Source of the DNA: a virus
Strand: one strand, 5' to 3'
Length of the DNA stretch: 64,000 nt
Virus record (IMG/VR): IMGVR_UViG_3300021256_000065
Within the stretch, counting starts at the first letter, position 1. The number at the start of each line of letters is the position of its first letter. Shown in pieces: positions 1 to 11,772 of the stretch. The notes beneath the pieces were generated by a model. That model was given only the letters and a program-made list of their open reading frames with translations, did not search any database and had not been told where the DNA came from. The position numbers and the translations under genes were made by a program.

Positions 1-1745
1 ATATAAAGAACCCCTGTGCCTATTCTATTAAGACTAGTATTAAACACTACATCTTCTGTTCTGTTATACGCCCACCCTATATTTAGAAATTCATCTTGTA
101 TTTCTTCAATAAATTTGTTGTGATATTCACTGGGTTTTTGCTTTTCATCATATACATCCGATGCTATTGATTTAAATTCATTAACCACAGATGGATGAAT
201 AGTAACGGTAGATTGGCTACGCATTATTTCATATTTTGGATTACTATTACTTATATATTCGTATCTTCCATGATACTCACGAACATAAAACAATCCTATT
301 TGCGTACAACCGTCTGGTATTGTTATAGATACATATTGGAGCTTTCCAAAACCACTTATATCTGTTGTTGGCTCCTCAATCGGCTCTAAGTCATACTCTG
401 TTACATATTCAGATGAAAGATTTACTCTACCAGGAGAATCATTTCCGTTACCATCATACATTCCGATAATTGCTGAGCTATATTGGTCAGATAATGATGT
501 CTTTTTTATAGTAAACAAACCAAAATCATATAAATTAACAATGTCTCCTGCATTAACCGGAATTAAATCACTAATTGCATAATATGTATTTCGTAACGAT
601 TCTAACGGATTTGGAGTAACATCAACTAGACCTCCATTTCCCCAATAATAATTTTGAATATTTTCGTCATCGTTGCCAACATATATTGTTCTTGTATTGT
701 TTGAAATATAAATAGCATTTGCACCAATGTTTTCTCTTGCCTGAAACTTGTTTTCATCCGTTAAAGTTTGTGCAGTATTATATCTAACTGCCCCGGTTAT
801 AGTATCCGATGGGACAACCATGCCATCACTTCCAACAATAAGTGCTTTCCCTGCATTTTCTACGCCCTGTTGTTTATCAATTTTCCCGTTTCTTGCTACC
901 GTATCTTTTGCCGTTAATACATCAACTGTTTCATGACTTATTACCGTCATTTTTTCCAGTTTTGGCTCAAACACCTTATTAATCGTAAGTCCTTGAGCAA
1001 CTGTGATATGGATTTTATAGGTTGTTGTTTCCGGTACATCAAAAACAGCACCTTCTCCGATATCTCTAAAAAGCGCACCTCCGCCAGATGCATATCTGAT
1101 TGTAAGACTATATCCATCAGATGCGGCTCCACCTGTCGGGCATCCAGTAAGCCTGTATTTTTCTCCGGCAGTAAGCGGAATTGTCAACTCAGCCGAAGAT
1201 GACCTTATTCCAAAAATGATGCCTGTGGTATGAGTATTTGTTCCGACTGCAGAAATTGTTCCGTCATTGTTTTGAGTAAATACAACACCATGGTTCGTCC
1301 AACTACCTTCGCCAAGATTAAATTCTACTGGAGTATACTCATAAATATCTTTTGTTTCTGTATCTACAACTTCGGATATCTGTTCTAAACGTTCATTTAG
1401 TTCACTGAGTTCATCCCCGGTTTTCTTCGCATCTGCTGCCGCGCCCTCCGTTGTTAAACTTGAATCTACTATTACAGCACTTCCAACAGGAGTAACATAA
1501 GTATTCAGCCAATTAGTCACATCAGTGCTAATTTCATCTCTTAAATATTGCGCTAACGCTTCATCATCAATTTTTTCATTTAACTGTGCTTGCACAGTTC
1601 CTTTAGACATATCTATATTACCTAATATATCTACTAGATTGTGAGAATCATCCCATAAAATATACTCAGCTAATGTACTTATTGGTATCTCATCTGAATA
1701 AGTACCATCATCATACTTAATTCGAATAGCTGTTAATTTATTCAT
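1..1745 (-). CDS. Tail fibre / receptor-binding protein. 5' end is at 1745; the 3' end lies beyond the window start.
   Basis: The minus-strand frame is open from 1745 to 1 with no TAA, TGA or TAG. The ATG at 1743-1745 follows an AAAGGAGAA RBS. The N-terminus MNKLTAIRIKYDDGTYSDEIPISTLAEYILWDD...AAADAKKTGDELSELNERLEQI is paralogous to the N-terminus of gene 5554..8604. It is absent from the ORF track because it has no in-window stop. Confidence 0.55.
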   Translation of the reverse strand, partial: MNKLTAIRIKYDDGTYSDEIPISTLAEYILWDDSHNLVDILGNIDMSKGTVQAQLNEKIDDEALAQYLRDEISTDVTNWLNTYVTPVGSAVIVDSSLTTEGAAADAKKTGDELSELNERLEQISEVVDTETKDIYEYTPVEFNLGEGSWTNHGVVFTQNNDGTISAVGTNTHTTGIIFGIRSSSAELTIPLTAGEKYRLTGCPTGGAASDGYSLTIRYASGGGALFRDIGEGAVFDVPETTTYKIHITVAQGLTINKVFEPKLEKMTVISHETVDVLTAKDTVARNGKIDKQQGVENAGKALIVGSDGMVVPSDTITGAVRYNTAQTLTDENKFQARENIGANAIYISNNTRTIYVGNDDENIQNYYWGNGGLVDVTPNPLESLRNTYYAISDLIPVNAGDIVNLYDFGLFTIKKTSLSDQYSSAIIGMYDGNGNDSPGRVNLSSEYVTEYDLEPIEEPTTDISGFGKLQYVSITIPDGCTQIGLFYVREYHGRYEYISNSNPKYEIMRSQSTVTIHPSVVNEFKSIASDVYDEKQKPSEYHNKFIEEIQDEFLNIGWAYNRTEDVVFNTSLNRIGTGVLY

Positions 1746-2230
1746 TGATTTCTCCTTTCTAATTTATGCTATTTAAATAATCTAATATATTCATGATTAA
1801 CACACTAACATGCGGTTTTAGTCCTTCCATTTTGAAACTATGGATTTTTTTCACAATATTGTGTGTATTGTTCAATGTCATCTAATATTTGTTCAAAATA
1901 ATCTTTACTGTGACCCACATTAGAATATAACTCATCTGAGAATCTTAAAATGCGGGTTCTTGCGGTTGTTGCTTTATCCTACTAAATAGATGCTTTTAAT
2001 TTATCTATTTTTTCATTGGTTTCTGCAACAGCTTTTAAAATATCTTTTGTAATATCTTTTTTCTAATCATTTCTTTTTATAATAAATTGTATAAAGGCAA
2101 AAATGCCGCCGCTCCCGATTAGGAGAGCAAGAATGTTGAGGATTGATATTTGCAAATATTGATCACCTCCATTAGGGCAGCCTTAAGGCTGCCCTAACAA
2201 CTTTGTTGCTATTTTATGCGGTTTAAAATA

Positions 2231-5200
2231 TTAGTTAGTACAGAAACCAAGAACAATATAATAATTACTTTGGTCATAAAAAACAACAGAATCACTTACC
2301 GACATACACCATTGTTCTCTAACTGCATAACTTGTTCTTAACCAATAAATAATAGCTTGACCGTTTAGGTATTTTATACGTTTTGTTTGTCCATTTTCAT
2401 ATGTGTAATATCCAACACCTGTAGTCTCACTACCACTTCTATTGCTCACCATTTCATGACGTGACGGAATCCAAATATCTTCACTAGATTCTACATTATC
2501 GACAGATGCACCAGTTATATCTATAATATTTGAATATTTTTTAACTGTTACAATACCATTACGAATCGATTGAGGAATAAGTGGCATTATATCACTCATA
2601 ATATATGCACGAAGTTCAGATTTTGCGTATCCGCCAATTGCCCCAGTTCCCTATGTATATGGAGCTGAGTTTGAACCCATAGGGTTGAATCTGTGCGGCG
2701 TATTCAACGCCGTTTTGCTCAACCATGTAATGCCAGCTTTACCATTTCCATCAGCCTTGTCATCAGCGTTGAAAGCAACAATTTCCATTAAATGTTTTCC
2801 TTCAGTGCCTAAATCAAGCATCTTCGTGTCACCAACCTTGTAATCCGTTGCATAATTTGGATTAGCAAGTATGGTTTCCCAACTATCAGAGATCGTTTCT
2901 TGCTCGAGACCGAGGCAGAATCCAATAACTACAGCATTATCATTGCCTTTATTGCTATGATTAAAATCTCCTGTATCACCATCTACAGCTAATGCATCAT
3001 TAGAATTATAAGTATAGTTCTCTCTTAAACAATACCATCTTTTCCAACTTGCATATTGATAATCACTTCTTTTTCGCTTATCATCAGTATTAATTACTTT
3101 AGAATATACAATTCCTGCTGCTCTATCAGAAGCATAGTTACCTTCACCCTCTCCAATTTCTCTTGCAGAAGGAATCCATATATAATTATATACATAGTTT
3201 GTCTGATCATAATATTTTTTAACAGGATTAATATGAATTTTTATATTGGTACTAAATGAATTATATAATTCTGTGTTTAACATTACTGATAAAGAACAAT
3301 TGTTCCAAAGAGATTGACTACTACTATTACGATATTTATATTCCCCTTTAATGCATTTCATACTAATAAACGACAATGGCACAGTATTTTCATTTTTATC
3401 AATATCTAAATCCATCCCAACTATCTGCATATTGAATGTTCCATATGTAGATCCAAGATCAAGTGGCTTATAATTACCAAGTTTATATTTAGTTTTGTAC
3501 GTGCCATTCTCAATATTTGTAATAATAGTATCCCAACTATCTGTAATTTCAACTTCCTCTACTAAAGCTACAAAAGCAGCATATACGGTCTTATTACTTT
3601 GTATATTAGTAAGTGTAGCATTCGCACTACTAGAATTCATACTATTAGACCATCCTAAGAACTTAGTTTGATCAGCATTAGTAGGTGTTGTTCCAGTATA
3701 AGTTGCAGTATTACCTTGAATAACTTTCTTAGTTTGAAGTGTAGTAGCACCATCTTGTGACTTAAATGTTACAGTATAAACTGGTTTATACGTTGCGGTA
3801 TATGTTGTATTACCAGTAACTGAAGCAACTGTAGGTGTCCATGTAACAAATGGCGAACTATTTCCAGAAGGATCTACAGGTGTAGAACCATTGTAGGTAG
3901 GAGTTGTTCCATATGGCACGTTATTATCTGTTTCAAGAGTTGTACCATTCGAGTTCTTCCATGTTATCGTATATTTTCTAAGTGTATTACTATAACAAGC
4001 ATACACATTTCTATCTGCTACAACTGCAGTTAATGCATCACTATCAACTGTGTTATCATTAGTCTTTGACCACCCGGCAAAACTATATGTATACTGAGCA
4101 TCTTGTGCTTTGGTAGGTGTAGAACCACTATATGTAGCATTGCCGCCATCATTTACACTAACAGTAGTAAGTAATGTGCTTCCATTGTAAAAATATACAT
4201 TACTGCTAATATGTTGATATTCAATCTAAATATATGGATATCTAGCCTTCATCGCAGAATACCATGCTCCAGTAATTGTATCAAGTCCAGTAATTGTTCC
4301 AGATACAACAGCTGTATCAAGGTTATTACCCGCTTCATCTAATCCACGCATAGTATCCAAATAATCATAAAAATCTTCTACCTCATCCGTTGTTGAAACA
4401 GCCATGCTAAAACCAATTAATCTTACACGACTATTTGCAGGCATTTCCGCAAGTATATCATCAACAGGAATAAGGTTACTACTATTTTCAACTCTTAAAG
4501 TAGTAATCGAAGAATAATCATCATCTTCTATTTCAAAAGAAGTAAGTGCTCTCTGATTTAAAACTGTCAAATTCGTAATAGTTTTTGGAAGATGTAATAT
4601 TTTTAATACACCACCATTTGGTAAAGAGACACCCGCAATTTTAGTTCCTTCAAAATAAACATTTTCAATAATAGAACATCCTGATAAATCAACAGTAGTC
4701 TGCGTATGACCTTGCATTGTTGTATCACCAAAACCAGAACAATTTCTAACATCAACTGTTTTTAATAATACATTATTACCAAAGCTCATACTATACAAGT
4801 TGAAATTATCATAACTACTACTAGCATCTCCGACTTTTAATGCTTGCAATCTAGTTGCACTACTAATATCAATCTGTCCAACTTTTAAAGGAGATAAATC
4901 TCCAACATCCGCAAGCTGAGATGCACTATAAATATTAACAATATTACCATTCATCTATTGATAAGGACAAATCAATGTTACTGTAGTGTTGCGGGCCGCC
5001 CTTTCTTGTGTAATAGTCGCGTCCCATGCTACAGTAGCATAGATATCGGCATATGGTCTTACTGTAATATTTGCTGCGGCATATGGACGTAAAAAAATTG
5101 AGTCATTTCTTGCATCACCCGCCACATATTTTGAATCAATATATCTAAATCTATTATAGAGCCACCATTTTCTTTGTTCTTCTTTACTTCCAAGAAGCAT

Positions 5201-5557
5201 ATATAAATAGTTAGCATTATTTTCTATAAAAGGATTAATATATTTAAATTGAGCATCTTCATTAAAAATGGCTTCAGTCCATTTTCCTTGATGCTCTTCA
5301 AAAGCATTTTCTATAGCTTCATAGGATAACGCACCAGATGAACGCAAATTACGATACATAGTAGCTAATTCATCAGGGAACGCCGCCCTTATATTTTTCC
5401 AAATAACCGAGTCTTGCCCATTAAATATAGGCGCTCCGCCTTGCTGATGATCAATATCTTCTAACCTATAGTCAAAAACTAATTGACCATCATTGTTAAT
5501 TCCGATTGCTGTATCCATATCATACGGCAACCAGACCACTTTTTTCTTTACACTCAT
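2231..5557 (-). CDS. Tail-associated adhesin-like protein with LRR-like repeats and Listeria-Bacteroides (InlB B-repeat-like) repeats. Read through 3 in-frame TAG codons.
   Basis: ORF-track fragments 4955..5557, 4226..4954, 2651..4006 and 2231..2599 are all in one frame. They are joined by TAG at 4955-4957, 4226-4228 and 2651-2653. I translated 4007-4225 and found no stop. The real stop is TAA at 2231-2233. The ATG at 5555-5557 overlaps the TGA of the upstream gene (ATGA). Repeats such as ATYSGSTPTKAQDAQYTYSFAGWSK and NTATYTGTTPTNADQTKFLGWSN match the GYxFxGW pattern of List_Bact_rpt. The alternative that TAG-ATG at 4954/4955 is a true gene boundary is not excluded. Confidence 0.5.
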
Positions 5558-8500
5558 ATAGTAACCTCCGTGCCCATGAAGGATGGAAATGCGTTCTTTG
5601 CTCTGGAGTCAACCATTAAGAACAATTCAGTAAACAAATAATAAAATAATGTCGATTGAAGTTCCATATATTCTCCAGCTTCTGCGCGGAATTTTGCAAG
5701 TCTATATTCAGCAGTATCTTTAGTATATGTTACTCCATCATAAGTAACAGATGCAGGTAAATTAGCATTTGTTGCTTGAGTTGTGTCAGTACTAACCGCC
5801 CATTCAGCAAAAGAAGCAAGTTGTTCTGTATCAACATATGGGGGATCAGTATCAGGATAACGAGCCTCAAAATCTGATTGCCAAGCTGTACCAGAGAAAT
5901 CTGCGCTTTGCCATAACGCACGACCAGGAGCATTGTTTAAAGTCTCCCAAGACTCATCATCGCCGCTTAAACCAAACACATCTTCTGTAGATTTATCATT
6001 ATTAAAATTATATTTACCTAAGAAAGTAGTTTCTCCTGCTGAAGTATTATTCCAAAAGATTATCATAGGAAATCCTTCAATCCCTTGTCTTACCTTACTA
6101 TTTTCTACCTGCGCGGGAGTCTTGTATGGACAGGCCGCATTATATAAATTAACAAGTTCAACATTGTTTGCGCCTTCTGATGAAGCAAAGTCAGCTTTCA
6201 TACAGAAAGTCTTTACTGGAATACTATTAGCACTCATAGCATATTTAGATTCTTGCGTACCATTCTGCATCCTAAATCCGCCATTAAACTTCATTTTATA
6301 GTTTTTACGAGGATAATACTGTGAAGATGTACCTTGAACATCAATTTGACAATCTTCAAAAGTAAAACTCTTAGAAGGAGACATTGGATTAACAAAAGAA
6401 CCACTACAAGTTTTCTTATCTCCTTTTGATTGAGGAAGCTCTGGACAAGAAATAATCATATATGGCAATTCACTTGGTAAATTTGAAATTACAATATTAC
6501 CATATTCATCAAATACATTATTTCTAACATATCTGTTAAGCATTAATCCACCATCTTGTGTATCAGCAATCCAGTTATTTACAACCTGGAAACGGGTTAA
6601 GTCATTATCATAAATACGAATATTATAAATATCAATAGTACAATCATTAGAACCAATACTAATATTTACTGGTGTCTGTTGTGAAAAGTCATCATCCGCA
6701 GGATACTGAACAGCACCAGAAACAATACCATTAATATAAATTAAAAGCATACGATGTTCAGTTCTTTTTTCACACACAAAAGCAATCCTTACATGTTCAT
6801 CTTCTTTATATTGAGTACCTATTTCTGACTGCTCAGATTTAAGATATGCTTTTTGCGCGGTGACTGAAAATCCTCTGTTTCCGCTCATACAAGACAACAC
6901 AACAGAATCATAATCAAGTACATTTTTAGTAGCAAACTAAAACTCGATAGTCTTACCAGTTGTTCTAAAGTCTTGAGCAAATGGCTTATATGGAACAGTT
7001 ACTCGCGCATCGCCAGATACACGAAGTACAGTAACACCATCCGCATCTTTTTGCCATCCATCAGATGAGAAATTAAAGTCCGTAAGTGTCGCAGATATAT
7101 TATTATACGACCAAGTTTCAGGATGTTCCTCTTGATTACTCCTTCCTTGTGAAGTTAGATGAAGTACAAGATTCTCTGTTTCAGCTTCGACATCTATTTG
7201 AGATTCTATAATATTCAAAGTTATTGTTTTAGATTTTGTTCTTGATCCAGTTCCACCTTCAATACGAATTGTTAATGTGCCTGCATTATTAGCTCGATAT
7301 GAATAAACCTGCTCTGTTCTATCGACTGTCTGAGTTGATACAAGAGTATTATTTATATATATCTTAGCTTCTGTTGTAAGCGCAGTCGGATCGTATATTG
7401 TAAATGGGATTGGAATTGTTGCATATTGATTTTCACTTGTTTTATCAAAAGAGCTTATAATAATAATATTTTCATTTCCTTCTTCAAGGCAAATAAATTC
7501 ATAATATAATTCATTTGATCTTACCAGTTCTCCATTAACTTCTGCATCAAAATATACTCTTAAACTATGCGAACCATGACTTTGTGCAGGGATAGAATAA
7601 GAAACCTGTCTACCAGAAACAGTTGTTGATTGAGTTGGTAAAACAGTTCCATCCAATATAAAATGAACTGTTTTAGTAACTGCACCAACAGGTGTATAAT
7701 TAAATTGTATTAATCCAGTAAAAGGTGCGGTTGTCACAAAAGAACTGCTAATTGTTAATGCCACAACAGTAACACTATAATTAATAGATCTCATTTGCCC
7801 ATATATATCTGAAACTTGAACTTTTACAGTATTAGATCCATTTGATAAATATTCAGAAACATCAACAGTAACATTTCCTTGAGAAATTTCTCTCGAAGTT
7901 TTAAAAACATTATTTACTAAAATTCTTAAATTACCATTACCAGTTGCAAGATCATCTTCAATAGAAGTCCAGTTAAAACTGATCTAACAAGGTGCTCCTG
8001 CGGAAATTGTTTTAGATAGCCAACCTGAGGTATTTGTAACGGTAAGGACTGCAGAGGTTTCACTACCTCCTCCTCCACCGCCACCTCCGCCAGAAAATGG
8101 GCCCAGCGGACCTACAACAATTTCACCATCAGATACCATATACAAAAATCCATCTTCTACATACGCGTCATCAATCTTACTTGTTAAAGAAACGCCTAAA
8201 TTATTTAATGAATTTTGTAATTCTTGAATTTCTGCGTTACTTGACTATATAGCATCACCTGTTGCTTTTGCATCTGCGGCCGCCCCTGATATATTTAAGG
8301 ACGGATCTATGATTACTAAATCTCCGCTAATTGGATTTATATTAGTATCTAACCAATCTGTAACCTCATCAGCAATTAAATTAGCAACATAATATCTTAA
8401 CTGTTCTATATCAATTTTCTCTGTAAAAAGAGTATCTAACTGATCCTGAACAGAACCTTTCGTATTTATATCAATTTCGCCAAGGACATCTACTAATGTA

Positions 8501-8604
8501 TTTTTCTTATTCCATTTTACATACTTAGATAAAATACTTATTGGAATCTATTTAGAATAAGTTCCATCTTTATATTTTATCTTTATGGTTGATAAAGTTT
8601 CCAT
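5554..8604 (-). CDS. Large tail protein (fibre or baseplate-associated), ~1016 codons, read through 4 in-frame TAG codons.
   Basis: ATG at 8602-8604. In-frame TAG at 8548-8550, two further TAGs in the N-terminal ~300 codons, and TAG at 6937-6939. Terminates with TGA at 5554-5556. Fragments 6937..7794 and 5554..6900 share this frame. Contains a poly-Gly linker (GPLGPFSGGGGGGGGGS). The N-terminal ~110 aa are paralogous to gene 1..1745. Confidence 0.5.
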
Positions 8605-8621
8605 AAAAATATTGTCCTTTC

Positions 8622-8936
8622 TTAAAAATTACTTAGTTTGTTAAAAACTTTATTTGTTATATAAACAATCTCTTCTCCATAAGTGGAGATTATATCTGCT
8701 ATAATTTCCTACTGTTCAACAGTAAGAGATACATTATACGAAAACATTGCAGCGTGCGTGATTTCATGACATAACACCTTTTTTAAAAGGTCACCGGTCA
8801 GCGTCTCATTTATATATATAGTTCTTGTCAAGTTATCACACGCACCTATAGAATATTCCCCAGACAACCTTCTAAGAAGAGGGAAGTCTGGGGAAACAAA
8901 CGCAAGTTTCCAATAGACGTTGTTAATAAGAAACAT
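8622..8936 (-). CDS. Small HExxH zinc-metallopeptidase-like protein (IrrE/ImmA-like motif).
   Basis: ATG at 8934-8936 overlaps the TAA of the upstream gene. Contains motif CHEITHAAM. TAG at 8709-8711 is followed by 28 more sense codons to TAA at 8622-8624. Ending at the TAG instead cannot be excluded. Confidence 0.35.
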
Positions 8937-9526
8937 TAGCCTATCTTACTTGCTAACGTTGTCATCTTTTGATGCAACGTAGCTCTTTCTTCGGGAGACG
9001 CATCCTTAATCATTTCAGTAATATCTGTAGAAAGTTCTTGAAGGTATGCTTCTAATTCATGAAGCTGTGAATTAGGATCATTGTGCATCTCCTTACCTTC
9101 CATATACATGCGGCGACGCATTGGACTTCTGCCCTCGCGGGGGTCCCGTCTCATGACGTTAGGCATCTAGGTATAGTAGCTCATGCCACCACGGTTACCG
9201 CCTTCACCACCCATTCCACGATCATTTCCGTTGGTGGGATAATACATGTAACCGCCTGTCCGCTCCACATCCCTGTAATCAGGATACATTTTATTATAAT
9301 ATGGAGTGGTATAATAATTTATATTTGTTTCACCTTGATATTGCCCCTCGCTACCTTTTTCCATAGCATCAGTAATAGTGCAATAATAAATAGCTTCCGC
9401 CAAATCTTTTATCATATCAACTGCTTCGCCCAATTCATGAGCATCTGCTTTTGAAAGATCTCCAAGTTGACCTTGAACACAACTTACAAGTTGTTCCTTC
9501 ATCATTTTTAGTGTTTCTGTTGCCAT
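8936..9526 (-). CDS. Hypothetical structural-module protein. Gly/Tyr-rich with two HExxE-containing helices (weakly CotF/ferritin-like). 1 in-frame TAG.
   Basis: ATG at 9524-9526 follows TAAGGAGGATAAAG. TAG at 9167-9169 is immediately followed by ATG in the same frame. Ends with TAA at 8936-8938. Confidence 0.4.
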
Positions 9527-9539
9527 ATCTTTATCCTCC

Positions 9540-10001
9540 TTATGCTACTCTTGTTACTGTTAATGAAGCTTCACGTCTTACTAGAATAGATGGAGTAGGT
9601 GTCGTAGCTGGATCATCTTCCGTTCCATCCACATATGCACCAGATACAGTTACACAGCATCCGCAAGGAACCGTGATAGAAGCTGAAGTATTTATATGCC
9701 AGTAATCTTCTACTGCGGCTGGAGTTACGATAGCAACACTCTAAGGAATAGTTACTCCATTAAGAGTAATTCCTAATGCTATTGGAGTAACCGCACCACC
9801 TGTAGGAATTTGAATATTTCCCTGAAGTTTAACTTCATATCTTGCAAAACGATTAGAAGTGTTGCCATTTAAGTTAAGAACCCCAGGAACAAGGGGAACA
9901 ACGTTCCCCTTATTACATGGAATAGAAACACTATTAAAAGGAATTGTACCATTTAATGCGACTAAATTGTCAGCAGTCGTTACATAACTAGCCATAAGCA
10001 A
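9540..10001 (-). CDS. Hypothetical virion protein, 1 in-frame TAG.
   Basis: M at 9999-10001. TAG at 9741-9743. The frame continues (SVAIVTPAAVEDYWHINTSAS...TRVA) to TAA at 9540-9542. Sequence is Gly/Val/Thr-rich and beta-rich. Confidence 0.4.
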
Positions 10002-10010
10002 CCTCCCTTA

Positions 10011-10793
10011 TTAATTATAGAATCCATTCCCATTGCATCCACAATTATTCCAATTACCGCAATTGCATCCATAAGGATTTGCAACTACATACGCGGGAAT
10101 TGGTGCAGGATTTAATGCTCTAAGTAATGCAGTTGTTTGAGCCGCATTGTCATTTAAAATCTGACCAGTCTGAGCATTCTGGGAAGCCGCAAGACTTGCA
10201 AGATAACCTTGCATCTGAAGCTGTTGATTCTGTGTCTTAAGAGCATCAATCTCTTGCTGACAAAGCTTATCAAGAATAGCCTGTGTATTTGCTGTATTAG
10301 AAGCAATTACATCACGAAGCGCATCTGTCACAGCAGAGCGATCAGCGCATGCTTCAGTAGCTACTGTATATTTAAGATCAGCCAGTCCTGCGCGATTTTC
10401 ACAGCAACAGTTCTGCTGATTCATAGCAATAGTATTAAGTTGTGTAGAAAGATTTGCTTGATTATTATTTAAGGTTTGAAGTACGTTTGCTTGCGCGTTA
10501 CAACGAGATACTTCTGCATTGGAGAAACCAGTATTGATAGCACTAGCAATACCACTTAAACCACCAATAACTGCACTTTGATCAAATCCTCTTTGAATAT
10601 CAGCAGTCATATAACCAGCTCCACCGCCGCCATATCCACCGTATCCATTTCCCCATCCTCCTGCGAGAATAAGGATAAATAAAAGAAGAATCCAACCGCC
10701 ATCGTTTCCACCAAAACCAAAACCACCATTATTATTATTGCCAGTAGCAGCCGCAATGTCTGCTAAAGAATAACCATTATTGTTGTTAAACAT
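10011..10793 (-). CDS. Gly-rich membrane-anchored protein with a Q-rich coiled coil and a Cys-rich C-terminus.
   Basis: The likely start is the internal ATG at 10791-10793 behind AAGAGGAGATTAAAA. Stop is TAA at 10011-10013. Hydrophobic segment GGWILLLFILILAGGW. C-terminus CNCGNWNNCGCNGNG. No TAG. Confidence 0.45.
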   Translation of the reverse strand: MFNNNNGYSLADIAAATGNNNNGGFGFGGNDGGWILLLFILILAGGWGNGYGGYGGGGAGYMTADIQRGFDQSAVIGGLSGIASAINTGFSNAEVSRCNAQANVLQTLNNNQANLSTQLNTIAMNQQNCCCENRAGLADLKYTVATEACADRSAVTDALRDVIASNTANTQAILDKLCQQEIDALKTQNQQLQMQGYLASLAASQNAQTGQILNDNAAQTTALLRALNPAPIPAYVVANPYGCNCGNWNNCGCNGNGFYN

Positions 10794-11104
10794 TTTTAAT
10801 CTCCTCTTACTTTCCAAATAAGCCATCAAAAAGTTGTTACACAATGATTAATGAAATTGATTTTTAAAATTTGCAAACTCTTTATCAAAGTCTAATCCCC
10901 TTTGGGCAGCGAGGTTTCGTGCCAATGCCTATAGTCCTGGTGCATTTCCATTCTAAGCTAAATTCATTGCATTATTTAAAATAGGATTACTTTGACTTTT
11001 CTGTTGAAGGATATTCATTACTAATTGTTGTGGGTTCTGCCCGCCCTTAATTAATTGTATTAATTGCATTGGATTCACATTCATATCATATTTTCTCCCC
11101 TTTA

Positions 11105-11581
11105 TCAAAAATTAGTTACAACAGCCTTTTTCTCTTCCGCTTGTGGCGGCGCCTGAGGCTGCATAGATGCCATTAACGCTTGTATTACTTTGTTAAATTC
11201 ATCTTTTGTAACATACTAATTTGAATAAGGACTTTCATCTTCTGTGAAAACATATGTTTTAAAAGTGGCAGTCCCATCATTGTTAATTTGTTTAGTATAG
11301 ATTTTCCCATTGCCAACATCAGTAAAAACCCACAGGGAACCATCTAAATCAATTTGATATGCTCTAGCTTCATCTTTTGATGAAACTGGTCTACATTTTA
11401 AAAATTGATTAGATAACAAATTTTGAGAACCATTCATTCTTCCCATATAATTATCATATGGGGTATTACTCAATAACATGTTATTGTTCCCATAGGGAAA
11501 CTGGATTGGAGTTTGCTGCTGTTGGCTCATTACATTAGGCATTTGTTGTATACCTAAATTTTGATTATTGTAATTTGCCAT
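11105..11581 (-). CDS. Hypothetical Q/N-rich protein, 1 in-frame TAG.
   Basis: ATG at 11579-11581. TAG at 11216-11218. The frame continues to TGA at 11105-11107. Confidence 0.4.
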
Positions 11582-11715
11582 CGATCTCCTCCTTGCGCGC
11601 TTAAAAAATTTTAATAAGTACTCTTTCGCGAAAACATAGGAACATAATATTTCCTACATTTATATATTAAAATTCATCTTAACAGATTATCTAGTTTTGA
11701 CCTATATTTTTTCAT

Positions 11716-11744
11716 TTGACAATTATAAAAATTTTTAGTATAAT
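11716..11744 (+). promoter_or_regulatory. Consensus sigma-A promoter for the RuvC-like gene.
   Basis: TTGACA 11716-11721, 17-nt spacer, TATAAT 11739-11744. RBS and ATG ~30 nt downstream. Confidence 0.6.
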
Positions 11745-11772
11745 TACCCCAAGAGAAAGGAGATTGGTATAA

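Noticed and set aside
4952-4957. TAG-ATG junctions (4954/4955, 9166/9167, 49502/49503, 58997/58998) as genuine stop-start gene boundaries.
   Set aside because: Possible in principle if TAG were context-dependent. The same frame is maintained, and in the DHH case conserved motifs lie on both sides, so read-through is the simpler reading. Flagged as an alternative in the features.
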